Shown piece after piece: positions 8,084 to 18,495 of a DNA stretch of 32,123 nt. How positions within the stretch are numbered: the first letter of the stretch is position 1; every line of letters begins with the position of its first letter. The translations under genes and the position numbers were made by a program. Below the pieces are notes generated by a model. That model searched no databases, was not told the DNA's origin, and saw only the letters and a program-made list of their open reading frames with translations. The stretch comes from Elainellaceae cyanobacterium (GTDB lineage Bacteria; Cyanobacteriota; Cyanobacteriia; CAZCXK01): positions 1-32,123 of the forward strand of contig JBNPEG010000131.1 in NCBI GenBank assembly GCA_051117555.1. Direction: 5' to 3'.

Positions 8084-10366
8084 ATGACTTCTCAAACGAA
8101 GGATGAGCTTAGATGGAGTCGATGGAAGCTCTGGCGACCTCATGTAGCGACGCTTGTGATGCTAGCGGTTGTTTGTATTTCAGCAGCCGTCGTCGGAGCT
8201 TGGTTCTTCGGTCAAGGAACAATTAGCGAGATTTTCTCTAAATTTGATATGTCTCAGGCTAATCCTCCGATTTGGCTTGAGGTACCCAGAGTTACGACAG
8301 AATATCTACTCGTTCCGACGGTGATTCTGCTCGTAGTGGTATTTGGAGTGATGAAAGTTTCGCCCCATCCCCAGCAGTGGTCTCGCTTCGTCGTCATTGG
8401 AATTTTGTCGGTCTTGGTCATTCGCTATTTGATATGGCGATCGCTCTCGACCCTAAACTTAAGCACCCCATTAGATGGCGTGTTTAGTCTAGGACTATTC
8501 TTTTTAGAGTTACTGATTCTAGGAAACGGCTGCATTCAGCTTTTGCTCATGCTGAATGTCAGAGATCGACACCATGAAGCTGATGTGTTAGCGCAGGATA
8601 TCATCGACGGTCATTATAGACCCTCAGTTGATATTCTAATTCCGACCTATGACGAGCCAAACTTCATCTTGCAGCGCACTATCATTGGCTGCCAAGCGCT
8701 CGATTATGACAACAAAACCATCTACCTGCTAGACGACACACAGCGTGACGAAGTTAAAATACTCGCCGACCAACTCGGATGCAAATACATTCGCCGATCA
8801 GACAACCGTCATGCCAAAGCAGGCAACTTAAATCATGCGATCGCCAAGACAACTGGCGAATTGATTGTCGTCTTTGATGCTGATTTCGTTCCCACCAAAA
8901 ACTTCCTAATTCGTACGATTGGCTTCTTTCAAGACCCAAAAGTAGGACTGATTCAAACACCGCAAAGTTTTTACAATCCTGACCCAATCGCCCGTAACCT
9001 GGGTCTAGAAGATGTCTTAACCTCAGAAGAAGAGGTTTTTTATCGACAGATTCAGCCCATGCGCGACGGAGCAGGTGGGGTCGTCTGCTCAGGTACGTCC
9101 TTCGTGGTGCGCCGCAGCGCCCTCCAGGCCACAGGCGGATTTGTCACCGAGTCTCTCAGCGAAGATTATTTTACAGGCATTCGCTTGGCTGCCCAAGGCT
9201 ATCGACTCGTTTACCTAGACGAAAAACTGAGTGCAGGCTTAGCAGCCGAAAATATCTCATCTCAAGCAATGCAAAGGATTCGTTGGGCACGAGGCACCCT
9301 GCAAGCCTTCTTCATTAAATCTAATCCGCTCACTATTTCAGGATTGCGTCCAATTCAGCGATTGGCATATCTAGAAGGATTGTTGCACTGGTTTACCAGC
9401 GTGTCGCGAGTTGGCTTCTTGCTCATGCCCTTGGCCTATTCGTTTCTCGGCGTGATTCCGCTGAGAGCCACCCCCGCCGAACTTTTATATTTCTTTCTAC
9501 CCTACTATCTCCTTCAACTGTCTGTATTTGCCTGGCTCAACTATCGCTCCCGTTCGGCTCTACTTTCAGATATTTACTCACTTGTGTTGTGTTTCCCACT
9601 TGCACTCACCGCAATTCAGTCGATGCTAATTCCCTTTGGTAAAGGGTTTAGAGTAACTCCAAAAGGAACCGCAAGCGATCGCTATTCGTTTAACTGGGCA
9701 CTTGCCTGGCCTCTAATCATCATGTTTGTTGCGACTGCCGTCAGTCTTTGGATCAACCTCGGATTGTCCATTGTCCATGAGGCAGAAATGGCAAACCTGG
9801 CTCCCGAAGTAGCAGAACAGATGAAACATCAAATGCGAGGATTTGACCTTGGCTGGATTTGGAGCGCTTACAACTTAATCATGCTTGGCATTGCGCTGCT
9901 GATTTTACTCGATGTCCCTCGTCCTACCTTTTATGACTGGTTTGATCTGCGCCGTACCGTCCGAATCAAGCTGGACAATCGCACCTTTTGGGGAATTACG
10001 CGCATGGTTTCCGAAATTGGCGTTGACGTTGAATTAACCCAAGCCGGTTTTCCAGCCTTAGCGCATGGCGAATCTATTCCAGTCAAACTCAATCTCTTAG
10101 AAGATGATCTGAGGTTCATGGGGCAAGCTATTCAAACTGGACAGCACAACGAATTTCCGACCGTTCGCATTCGGTTTGAAAACCTCACCCTTGAGCAGCG
10201 ACGTGCGCTGGTTGAAATGCTGTTTTGCCGACCTGGGCAGTGGAAAAGCCGATGCACCCCGGGAGAACTCCAGTCTCTGCTGATTTTATTGAAGATTCTG
10301 CTGAAGCCTCGCGTCATCTTTGACCGCAACGTAGACGTTCGCCCGGTCGCCGTGTCGAAAGTGTAG
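8084..10366 (+). CDS. GT2 cellulose synthase-like catalytic subunit (BcsA/CcsA-like) with C-terminal PilZ-like domain
   Basis: LLDD, HAKAGNLN, FDAD, QTPQ, SEDY and QRIRW motifs; multiple transmembrane helices; FRVTPKG gating-loop motif. Confidence 0.92.
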   Translation: MTSQTKDELRWSRWKLWRPHVATLVMLAVVCISAAVVGAWFFGQGTISEIFSKFDMSQANPPIWLEVPRVTTEYLLVPTVILLVVVFGVMKVSPHPQQWSRFVVIGILSVLVIRYLIWRSLSTLNLSTPLDGVFSLGLFFLELLILGNGCIQLLLMLNVRDRHHEADVLAQDIIDGHYRPSVDILIPTYDEPNFILQRTIIGCQALDYDNKTIYLLDDTQRDEVKILADQLGCKYIRRSDNRHAKAGNLNHAIAKTTGELIVVFDADFVPTKNFLIRTIGFFQDPKVGLIQTPQSFYNPDPIARNLGLEDVLTSEEEVFYRQIQPMRDGAGGVVCSGTSFVVRRSALQATGGFVTESLSEDYFTGIRLAAQGYRLVYLDEKLSAGLAAENISSQAMQRIRWARGTLQAFFIKSNPLTISGLRPIQRLAYLEGLLHWFTSVSRVGFLLMPLAYSFLGVIPLRATPAELLYFFLPYYLLQLSVFAWLNYRSRSALLSDIYSLVLCFPLALTAIQSMLIPFGKGFRVTPKGTASDRYSFNWALAWPLIIMFVATAVSLWINLGLSIVHEAEMANLAPEVAEQMKHQMRGFDLGWIWSAYNLIMLGIALLILLDVPRPTFYDWFDLRRTVRIKLDNRTFWGITRMVSEIGVDVELTQAGFPALAHGESIPVKLNLLEDDLRFMGQAIQTGQHNEFPTVRIRFENLTLEQRRALVEMLFCRPGQWKSRCTPGELQSLLILLKILLKPRVIFDRNVDVRPVAVSKV

Positions 10367-10369
10367 CCG

Positions 10370-11281
10370 CTACAGCACAAATCCCAGTCCGAGCAGTAGC
10401 CCACTCCAAAAATGTAGCGTCACCGCAATAAATTTGCAGCGCTTCACAGTCTCTGGATGATTATGATGTTGAGCCACAAATTGTGACAATCTCACGGCAG
10501 GTGGCAGGCTTGCAAAGATGAGCAGCGTCCAGACAGGAAAAATACCCAACAGGATAAATAACGTCGTTAGCCCAAAAATACTACCGCTAATCCAGGGGAG
10601 AAGTTGTGACCCGCAATTGGTTCCTAAGCGTACGATGGGCGATCGCTTCCCAGCCGCCCAGTCGTCATCTACTTGATGAAAATGAGAGCAAAACAGAATC
10701 AGGCTAGTACTGATTCCAATAATCACAGATGCCGCAAAACTAACCCACGACCAAGACTGAGCTTGGCTGTAGTAGGCTGCCTCAATCGCCAACGGACCAA
10801 ACGTCACAAAGCAAATCGGCTCTCCTAGACCGTGATAGCCCAACCGAAACGGAGGCCCTTGGTAGCTATATCCCAGCGCACAACACAGAATCACAATTCC
10901 CAAGATTGTCCAGTCTTGCTGCCACCAGGCGATCGCGACAATTCCTAAACCACCCAGTACCAATAACCCATTCGAAATCCAAAAAATCAGCGTTCGGTTT
11001 CCGGTTAAATTTACAAGCGAGTGGGGCTTGTTGCGATCGATCCCCGTATCTGAGTCAAATACATCATTACTGGCATTAAGCCACGCGACAATGAAAATCG
11101 CAGACATTAAAAACGTTGCGAATATCTGTCCATTCCACATTTGAGTCTCAGCATAGGCGATCGCGCTCCCCACCCAAATGGGAATAACTGCAACGCTATA
11201 CATCGGAGGCTTAATGGCAGCAAGCCACAGCGTTCGGTCAGAAAAATCTAAACGTCTTCTATGGTCTAGTTTTGTGGTCAT
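10370..11281 (-). CDS. menA: 2-carboxy-1,4-naphthoquinone phytyltransferase (UbiA family)
   Basis: LWLAAIKPPMYSVA, NDVFDSDTGID, YQGPPFRLGY and HFHQVDDD..AGKRSPIVRLG motifs. Confidence 0.95.
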   Translation of the reverse strand: MTTKLDHRRRLDFSDRTLWLAAIKPPMYSVAVIPIWVGSAIAYAETQMWNGQIFATFLMSAIFIVAWLNASNDVFDSDTGIDRNKPHSLVNLTGNRTLIFWISNGLLVLGGLGIVAIAWWQQDWTILGIVILCCALGYSYQGPPFRLGYHGLGEPICFVTFGPLAIEAAYYSQAQSWSWVSFAASVIIGISTSLILFCSHFHQVDDDWAAGKRSPIVRLGTNCGSQLLPWISGSIFGLTTLFILLGIFPVWTLLIFASLPPAVRLSQFVAQHHNHPETVKRCKFIAVTLHFWSGLLLGLGFVL

Positions 11282-11369
11282 TGCATCGAATCAAGGCAGT
11301 TGCGAAAAGCCTCACTATTTTACGCTCTTTTGGAGAGTCAACATAGCGCTGCCAATCTGAACCAGGGGC

Positions 11370-11401
11370 TTGACTTTCTAGTGGAATGGAGACTTTAGTA
11401 T
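11370..11401 (+). promoter_or_regulatory. MerR/CueR-type long-spacer promoter of the Cu-ATPase
   Basis: -35 TTGACT (11370-75), 20-bp spacer with imperfect dyad ACTTTCTAGT-GG-AATGGAGACT, -10 TAGTAT (11396-401). Confidence 0.7.
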
Positions 11402-11430
11402 AAAGCCAAGCGAATGATTGGGGAATCTCA

Positions 11431-13767
11431 ATGGATACTGCAACCCTTAACCTACAAGGCATGAGCTGTGCCGCATGTGCATCGACGATTGAACGGGCGA
11501 TCGCCAACGTGCCAGGTGTTGACACGTGTAATGTTAATTTTGGTATGGAGCAAGCCACGGTTCAATACGATGCACAACACGCCAGTCTAAAGCAAATTCA
11601 AGCAGCAGTGTCAGAGGCTGGCTATTCTGCATCTCTAGCCTCCGATCACCCCATCGAAGATCATGACGATCACCGCGCCGCTCGATCAGCAGAACTTCGC
11701 AAGCTCAGGCGCAAAGTAATTGTAGGTAGCATTCTGAGTGCCATCCTGGTGATTGGGTCCATCCCCTCGATGACTGGCTTACATGTGCCCTTTATTCCAG
11801 CATGGCTGCACAATTCATGGGTTCAGCTTGTTCTCACTGCACCTGTCCAGTTTTGGTGTGGACAGGCTTTCTATCAGGGCGCTTGGAAATCTCTGAAGCA
11901 TCGCACTGCAAACATGGATACGCTAGTCACGCTAGGCACCAGTGCAGCCTTTTTTTACTCCGTAGTTGTCACGCTCATTCCCGATTTTTTTCGGGCGCAA
12001 GGGTTTTCCACTGGCGTATACTACGAAGCCGCCGCCGTCGTGATTACACTCATTCTGCTGGGTAGATTGCTAGAGCATCGAGCCCGCAGCAAAACATCCG
12101 ATGCAATCCGCAAACTCATTGGCTTACAAGCAAAAACTGCTCGCGTTGTTCGAGAAGGACAATTCATCGACTTGCCGGTTGATCAGGTGGTAGCAGGTGA
12201 TGTAGTTCAGGTACGCCCGGGAGAAAAAATTCCAGTTGATGGCGAAATCATCTCAGGCTCATCCACCATTGACGAATCGATGGTTACTGGAGAAAGTCTC
12301 CCAGTCCAAAAGCAAGTAGGAGACGAAGTAATTGGAGCCACAATCAATAAAACTGGAAGCTTCCGGTTTCGGGCAACGCGCGTCGGCAAAGAGTCAACGC
12401 TGGCGCAAATTGTCCAGCTTGTAAAGCAGGCTCAAGCCTCTAAAGCACCCATTCAGCGAATCGCTGACCAAGTTACCAGTTGGTTTGTGCCAGCCGTGCT
12501 CGCAGTGGCGATCGCCACGTTTATCATCTGGTTTGCAACCACGCGTAATATCACAATGGCGTTAATCACCACCGTCAGTGTGTTGATTATTGCGTGTCCA
12601 TGCGCTTTAGGCTTGGCAACGCCCACCTCCATCATGGTAGGGACTGGCAAAGCAGCCGAGCAGGGCATTTTAATCAAAGATGCAGAAAGCTTAGAACTCG
12701 CCCACAAAATCCAGACCATTGTTCTTGACAAGACGGGAACCTTGACCCAAGGAAAACCATCCGTCACAGAGTATGTAACAAAGCAGGGAACGGCTCATCA
12801 CCATGAGCTAAAGCTATTACGACTTGTTGCCACCGTCGAGCAAAATTCTGAACACCCTCTAGCCGAAGCGATTGTAGACTATGCCAAGCGGCAAGGAATT
12901 GAGGATTTGGAGTTAGATGCCCACGAATTTGAGGCGATCGCCGGGAGTGGCGTTCGGGCACGCGTCTCAGATCGGGACATTCAAATTGGCACACGACGCT
13001 GGATGAATGAACACGCCATTCCGACCGATGACTTTCAAGACCGAGCAGATACCTGGGAAACTCAAGGCAAAACGGTCGTCTGGATTGCAGTTGATGATGA
13101 AATTGAAGGCATCATGGGGATCGCAGATTCTCTTAAGCCGTCCTCCGCAGACGCCGTGCGAATCCTCCGGTCAATGGGGCTTGATGTAGTCATGCTCACC
13201 GGGGATAATCCCAAAACTGCCGATGCGATCGCCCGTGAAGTGGGCATTACCAAAGTCTTAGCCGACGTACGCCCTGACCAAAAAGCAGAGGCAATTCAGA
13301 CACTTCAGCAAAATAGAGGCATCCAGAAACATCGAGGGAGTCGGACCCTCGCAAAATCGAACAGCACCGCTAAACCTCGAACCTCACAGCGAATTGTAGC
13401 GATGGTGGGAGACGGCATCAACGACGCTCCCGCCCTCGCCCAAGCAGATGTCGGAATCGCCATTGGCACTGGAACGGACGTCGCGATCGCCACCAGTGAT
13501 ATCACGCTAATCTCGGGCGACCTGCAAGCAATTGTCACAGCCATTCAGCTCAGCCGAGCAACCATGCAAAATATCCGCCAAAACCTATTTTTTGCCTTTA
13601 TCTATAACGTCGCAGGCATTCCAATCGCGGCTGGTGTCCTGTACCCACTTCTGGGATGGTTGCTCAATCCCATCATTGCGGGCGCAGCGATGGCATTTAG
13701 CTCCGTATCGGTGGTCACCAATGCCCTTAGACTAAAATCGGTCAAGCTTGAGCAAGTTCGACAATAA
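11431..13767 (+). CDS. pacS: Cu(I)-translocating P1B-type ATPase (PacS/CopA type)
   Basis: GMSCAAC HMA domain, [31 protein letters not shown] and MAFSS Cu(I) signature motifs. Confidence 0.93.
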   Translation: MDTATLNLQGMSCAACASTIERAIANVPGVDTCNVNFGMEQATVQYDAQHASLKQIQAAVSEAGYSASLASDHPIEDHDDHRAARSAELRKLRRKVIVGSILSAILVIGSIPSMTGLHVPFIPAWLHNSWVQLVLTAPVQFWCGQAFYQGAWKSLKHRTANMDTLVTLGTSAAFFYSVVVTLIPDFFRAQGFSTGVYYEAAAVVITLILLGRLLEHRARSKTSDAIRKLIGLQAKTARVVREGQFIDLPVDQVVAGDVVQVRPGEKIPVDGEIISGSSTIDESMVTGESLPVQKQVGDEVIGATINKTGSFRFRATRVGKESTLAQIVQLVKQAQASKAPIQRIADQVTSWFVPAVLAVAIATFIIWFATTRNITMALITTVSVLIIACPCALGLATPTSIMVGTGKAAEQGILIKDAESLELAHKIQTIVLDKTGTLTQGKPSVTEYVTKQGTAHHHELKLLRLVATVEQNSEHPLAEAIVDYAKRQGIEDLELDAHEFEAIAGSGVRARVSDRDIQIGTRRWMNEHAIPTDDFQDRADTWETQGKTVVWIAVDDEIEGIMGIADSLKPSSADAVRILRSMGLDVVMLTGDNPKTADAIAREVGITKVLADVRPDQKAEAIQTLQQNRGIQKHRGSRTLAKSNSTAKPRTSQRIVAMVGDGINDAPALAQADVGIAIGTGTDVAIATSDITLISGDLQAIVTAIQLSRATMQNIRQNLFFAFIYNVAGIPIAAGVLYPLLGWLLNPIIAGAAMAFSSVSVVTNALRLKSVKLEQVRQ

Positions 13768-14542
13768 CGGGAGCATGATCGCTCGGTTTTTCAAGCGCGC
13801 GAGGAGATTTGTCAATCGTGCAACTCACCGCCTTATCCGATAGATCAACAGACAAATAGTGGTGGTCAATCCGCCATCCCATGTTGCGCCGGAAGGAGGC
13901 CGCTCGATAATCCCACCAACTGTAATGTCCTCCATCGGGCGTGAATTTGCGAAACGCATCCGTTAGCCCAATTTCGAGCACTCCCTTGAGAGCAAGTCGC
14001 TCGTGGTCAGACGCCATGATGTGCGTTTCCCGACCCTCTGGGTTATGAATGTCTTTATCTTCTGGAGCAATATTAAAATCACCGCAAACGAGCAGATTGG
14101 GAGAATCCTGTAACAGGATCTTCAAATAGTCTCGTAGCACCTGTAGCCAGCGCAGCTTATAGTCATACTTTTCGCTTCCCACAGATGACCCATTCGGCAC
14201 ATACAAATTTACAATCCGAATACCATTCAAAATTCCCGTAATAACCCGCTTCTGGTCATCAAAGTCAGCCGCGATCGCTTCCCCAACAACAGGTGCAAAG
14301 CCAGCACTGATATCGTCAAGAGGCATTCTGCTCAATAGCGCCACCCCATTGTATGATTTCTGCCCCGACACATAGATGTGATAGCCCAGTTCGGCAAAGG
14401 GCGATCGCGGAAAATCTGCATCGACCACTTTGGTTTCTTGTAAGCAAAGCACATCAACCGGATTATCCGTCAACCAGTTAACAACATGCTCGATGCGGGT
14501 ACGAATCGAATTGACATTCCAAGTGGCAACTTTCATAGACAT
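13742..14542 (-). CDS. xth: Exodeoxyribonuclease III / AP endonuclease
   Basis: [35 protein letters not shown] and SDHAP motifs; start at 14542 or 14536. Confidence 0.96.
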   Translation of the reverse strand: MSMKVATWNVNSIRTRIEHVVNWLTDNPVDVLCLQETKVVDADFPRSPFAELGYHIYVSGQKSYNGVALLSRMPLDDISAGFAPVVGEAIAADFDDQKRVITGILNGIRIVNLYVPNGSSVGSEKYDYKLRWLQVLRDYLKILLQDSPNLLVCGDFNIAPEDKDIHNPEGRETHIMASDHERLALKGVLEIGLTDAFRKFTPDGGHYSWWDYRAASFRRNMGWRIDHHYLSVDLSDKAVSCTIDKSPRALEKPSDHAPVIVELAQA

Positions 14543-14604
14543 TTCATATCAGATTCAACGATAAAAAGAACGTGGCTCTTTATAACTCCACAGGCTCAGA
14601 TTTG

Positions 14605-14640
14605 CGTGTAGAACCCTCGGCCGCGCGGATTCTACACACG
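14605..14640. repeat. GTAG-type REP-like palindrome
   Basis: GTGTAGAA-CCCTCGGCCGCGCGGA-TTCTACAC in the intergenic region. Confidence 0.4.
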
Positions 14641-14727
14641 TTCAGCGTTCTAGTGCAAGAGCGTAGAGCTATTCTATTAGAATCATAAAAAATTGACGCC
14701 CCTAATCACGATAGACTCAAACGCCAA

Positions 14728-14752
14728 ACGGGCTCAGCATTGCCAAGCCCGT
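14728..14752 (-). terminator. Probable intrinsic terminator downstream of the STAS gene
   Basis: ACGGGCT...AGCCCGT stem followed by T-containing sequence on the minus strand. Confidence 0.45.
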
Positions 14753-15005
14753 GTATCGAAACTATATGCGTAATATGCGTATTAGCAGAACATCCTGCTA
14801 TTAGCAGCACACCTCAAATACTAGATCAATAAACTCAACCCATAGCCGTGCAGATTGCGAGCTGAACAGACAATCAATGGCGAATCTGTCGTGAGGGTTC
14901 CAAAAAATTAAAATACAAACCCCACGAATTTAAATTAGATATTGGGTTGAGCTGAAAGACCAGGAGCGGATGCAGAGCGAGAACTAGGAAAGCAGATACA
15001 GGATA

Positions 15006-15344
15006 TCAGCGCTCCGATGGCACTGAGGGCTGAAGAATAGAATTCTCAAAATCGTCCTGATTCTTGTAGATGGTAAAAACGTTTTCTAAGCCAGCAATTT
15101 CGACTACCATCCGAACTTGCTGATTGAATGAACACATTGCCAAGTCATAACCAGCCTTACGAGCAAATTTGTGGGCTGACACCAAAACTCCAAGCCCGGT
15201 ACTATCCATAAATGCGACATTTTGCAGGTCGATAAGCAAATACTTTGCTCCAGACGAAACACTATCCTCAATCCAACGGATGAACTCAGGGGCATTCGTC
15301 TTTGTAAGGAGTTGGGTCGGTTGAAGTACTCTTAGTGTAGACAT
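15006..15344 (-). CDS. STAS-domain anti-sigma-factor antagonist
   Basis: LLIDLQNVAFMDSTGLGVLV motif with the phosphorylatable Ser; ATG start at 15344. Confidence 0.9.
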   Translation of the reverse strand: MSTLRVLQPTQLLTKTNAPEFIRWIEDSVSSGAKYLLIDLQNVAFMDSTGLGVLVSAHKFARKAGYDLAMCSFNQQVRMVVEIAGLENVFTIYKNQDDFENSILQPSVPSER

Positions 15345-15574
15345 GGGCAATTCCAAAAAAAATAGAGAGTAGTTCGAAAAAAACCAAGATTAACTCGTGA
15401 CCTTAGAATTCTAGCCTCGATTATTGGAATGACGAACAGACTGAGAATAAAGATTCCAACAAGTTGAATGTGGGAATGGAAAAATCTCGAATGAGAATTT
15501 TTACCTGTAGTACAAATTGATAGCACACAAGTTCTTAGGGTGTCTAACACCTTTGGGAGGTTTCCTTGAATAAA

Positions 15575-16375
15575 TCATCCGCCTGATGATTTTGATCGCG
15601 GGTTAAACTGACCCGCGATCGCCCTAATGAGCGTAGGACGAGGTAACAATCGCGGCAGATTCACAATCACCCGATTCATCACTCCACCTGTCACTAGATT
15701 GGGAGCATTACCATCCAATGCCCGCAGCGCATCTTTGACGACAACGTCCACTGGAGCCACGCGCTGAGGGACAGTCTGAGTAAATGACTTCGGAAATTTT
15801 GCCCTATCAAAGAACTGGGTCTGAGTCGGTCCGGGGCAAAGCGCGAGAACTCGAATTCCATAAGGCTTATTTTCTGCCCAGAGCGCCTCACTAAAGCTGA
15901 GAACGAAAGCTTTACTCGCTCCGTATACAGAGAGGTAAGGCATGGGCTGAAATGCGGCAATTGAAGACACGTTAATGATGCGTCCCTCCTCTCGTTGACG
16001 CATCCCTGGCAGAAATAGATGAGTTAAATCGACCGTCGACAATATATTAACTTTCACCATGTCGAGCTGACGCTGGCGATCGCGATCGCTGAACGCTCCA
16101 TAATCTCCGAAGCCCGCATTATTAATCAGCAGGTCAATAGTCAACCCCTGCTGCTGCGTCGCATCAAAAATCTCACTGGCCGCATTAGGCTGAGACAAGT
16201 CTTTTGATAACACATCGACTCGAATATTAAATCGATCCCGCAAATCAGTGGCGATCGTCTCAAGGCGGTCACTGGAGCGGGCAACCAACACCAAGTCGAC
16301 GCCACGACTCGCTAACTCGTTCGCGAATGCCGCACCAATACCCGACGAGGCCCCGGTGATAAGAGCTGTTTTCAT
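15575..16375 (-). CDS. Short-chain dehydrogenase/reductase (classical SDR)
   Basis: TGASSGIG, NNAG, SS, YGASK (YxxxK) and CPGPT motifs. Confidence 0.95.
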   Translation of the reverse strand: MKTALITGASSGIGAAFANELASRGVDLVLVARSSDRLETIATDLRDRFNIRVDVLSKDLSQPNAASEIFDATQQQGLTIDLLINNAGFGDYGAFSDRDRQRQLDMVKVNILSTVDLTHLFLPGMRQREEGRIINVSSIAAFQPMPYLSVYGASKAFVLSFSEALWAENKPYGIRVLALCPGPTQTQFFDRAKFPKSFTQTVPQRVAPVDVVVKDALRALDGNAPNLVTGGVMNRVIVNLPRLLPRPTLIRAIAGQFNPRSKSSGG

Positions 16376-16468
16376 TAGACTGTTGCAATGACGACCAAGC
16401 TACTCTGCAAATCTTAAGGCAGAACGAGTCGTTCAGCATCTAATCAGAGCAAACACCTAAGCGTATCC

Positions 16469-17269
16469 CTAGTCAGATAACCGCTCAGATTCAAAATTGG
16501 TAACACTCTCAGGTGCATTCTGCTTCCGGCGCCAGTTCATTTTTTTGTGCGTTTTATGAGGAAACGAAAGTCCTTGTGTCGAATGAAAATCGTCTTGAAC
16601 TTTACTAGTCAAACGCTTAGATACTTGTCTCACAATTTGATTGAGTAGGCGATCGCCCGTCTTCTGAATCAGCGACTTAGGCAACGCGTGGATAAAGCGA
16701 GGAAACGTAATATGAACTGTCAGATGCAGTTCCCACTCAACTTTAGTCAAACATCCAGATTGCGGTACTGAGACTAGAGCCTTCTGATCTGATTTAGAGA
16801 GGGACGCAACATCAATTTCTAGCAGTTCGAGCGCCGCCTGAAAATTGACATCATATCCTGGAGGCTCATAACCCGGTATCGGAATGGTTTGAATTCGATA
16901 TACACCCTCATCCTGAGGGAGAAGATTTAAACCGATCTTAGGCTCAACCTCATATCCAAATGACCCAAACCGCCCAATAATCAGGGCATATCCGTTTTCC
17001 CCGATGGGCTCTGCTTTCATCGGCAAAGCACAACGATTAAACCAATCTCGATGCGAATCTAAATAGCCTGCCACCTCTGCCGCACTCGCGTACATTTCCA
17101 TGCAGCTCGAAAAGTAACCCTGAAAATGCATCGGGTCATTAGTAGAATGAGCCGCTTCTTCTGAAGAATCGAGGATTAGCGAAGAATCGCTTTGCATAAA
17201 GTCTGATGCGATCCCCAGAAGAGGTTTCGAGTTTCCATGAGGCTGATGGTCAGCTGAATTCGCCTGCAT
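16469..17269 (-). CDS. DUF1997 family protein
   Basis: H..WF.RCA.PM, GRFGSFGYEVEPKIGL and TGDRLL.QIVRQVS.RLT.KVQ.DFH motifs typical of the cyanobacterial family. Confidence 0.82.
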   Translation of the reverse strand: MQANSADHQPHGNSKPLLGIASDFMQSDSSLILDSSEEAAHSTNDPMHFQGYFSSCMEMYASAAEVAGYLDSHRDWFNRCALPMKAEPIGENGYALIIGRFGSFGYEVEPKIGLNLLPQDEGVYRIQTIPIPGYEPPGYDVNFQAALELLEIDVASLSKSDQKALVSVPQSGCLTKVEWELHLTVHITFPRFIHALPKSLIQKTGDRLLNQIVRQVSKRLTSKVQDDFHSTQGLSFPHKTHKKMNWRRKQNAPESVTNFESERLSD

Positions 17270-17731
17270 AAATACACACGTTCCTGAAATAGTTGCGGTT
17301 TTAGAAACGGTTACAGCGATGCGATCGTAGACATCGCTATTTCATTAACATTAGACGATAAAACATAACATATTGTTCTGATTTTATCGGTTAACCGGTT
17401 GACTGCTCATAGACGACACACGCAGTTGAATACAGTTCGAATACGGATAACTGATTTAGCATACTCCGCCATCCCAGAATGCAACCATGCTCGATCTACG
17501 CAAAGATAGAGATTAAAAGTTCAAAGTCGATGCTGATTTCTCGATTGATTTACGGAGATACCTTGTGCTGGAGTACTAAGTAGGTACACCTATTATGGCC
17601 AATTTTCCGGATTTCATCGTGAGAAATGCTGAGAAGATTTCTTGGAGTTTCGATAAAGCCCGGTAGGAAGCTTACCTGACACAGAACACCATCACCATCA
17701 GGCTGTTTAACATGAGGTCTAAAAAATTACT

Positions 17732-18391
17732 ATGAAAGCATTTGTCGCAGGAGCTACGGGAGAAACTGGACGTCGGATTGTTCAAGAATTAGTCAAGCGC
17801 GATATTCCAGTTCGTGCATTAGTACGAGACTTAGAGAAAGGGCGAGAGATTTTGCCTGCCAATATCGATTTGGTAGTTGGAGATGTGCTCAAACCTGACA
17901 GTTTACGCGAGGCAATTGGAGACAGCACCGTCTTACTGTGTGCTACAGGAGCCCCGCCCAGTTTTGACATCACAGGTCCTTACAAAGTGGACTATGAGGG
18001 CACTAAGAATTTAGTGAACGTATCGAAGGAAGCAGGGATTGAACATTTTGTAATGGTTTCGTCGCTCTGCGTCTCTAAATTGTTTCATCCCTTAAATTTG
18101 TTTTGGCTAATCCTTGTCTGGAAAAAACAGGCAGAGGAATATATTCAGAAAAGTGGACTGACCTATACGATTGTTCGACCCGGTGGCTTGAAGAACGAAG
18201 ATAACGCTGATCCGATTGTCATGTCAGATGCAGATACGCTGTTCGACGGCAGCATTCCGCGTATGAAGGTTGCCCAGGTATGTGTAGAAGCTCTATTTAA
18301 TCCTGATGCCAAGAACAAGGTAGTGGAAATTATTGCAAAAGCCGAAGCTGACTCTCAACCGCTTGATCGGATGTTTGCAGAGGTTAGCTAG
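17732..18391 (+). CDS. NAD(P)H-binding atypical SDR (NmrA/Tic62-like)
   Basis: VAGATGETG, VDYEGTKNLV, HPLNLFWLIL.WK and IVRPGGL motifs. Confidence 0.92.
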   Translation: MKAFVAGATGETGRRIVQELVKRDIPVRALVRDLEKGREILPANIDLVVGDVLKPDSLREAIGDSTVLLCATGAPPSFDITGPYKVDYEGTKNLVNVSKEAGIEHFVMVSSLCVSKLFHPLNLFWLILVWKKQAEEYIQKSGLTYTIVRPGGLKNEDNADPIVMSDADTLFDGSIPRMKVAQVCVEALFNPDAKNKVVEIIAKAEADSQPLDRMFAEVS

Positions 18392-18495
18392 CCATTTGGA
18401 GTCGAGCCCTTTGAAATTTGTAATATTCCGAAAGAAAGGCACTATATTGAGTCATGATTTGAATATTCTCCTGTACAAATCGTCAGAGTTGTCCC

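Noticed and set aside
11259..13735. Multiple short antisense or alternate-frame ORFs within pacS (and similarly within hhoA, hemB, hemJ and others)
   Set aside because: Shadow ORFs of well-supported genes with no independent motifs.
14764..14808. Short repeats TATGCGTA x2 and TATTAGCAG x2
   Set aside because: Too short and isolated to distinguish from local slippage duplications.
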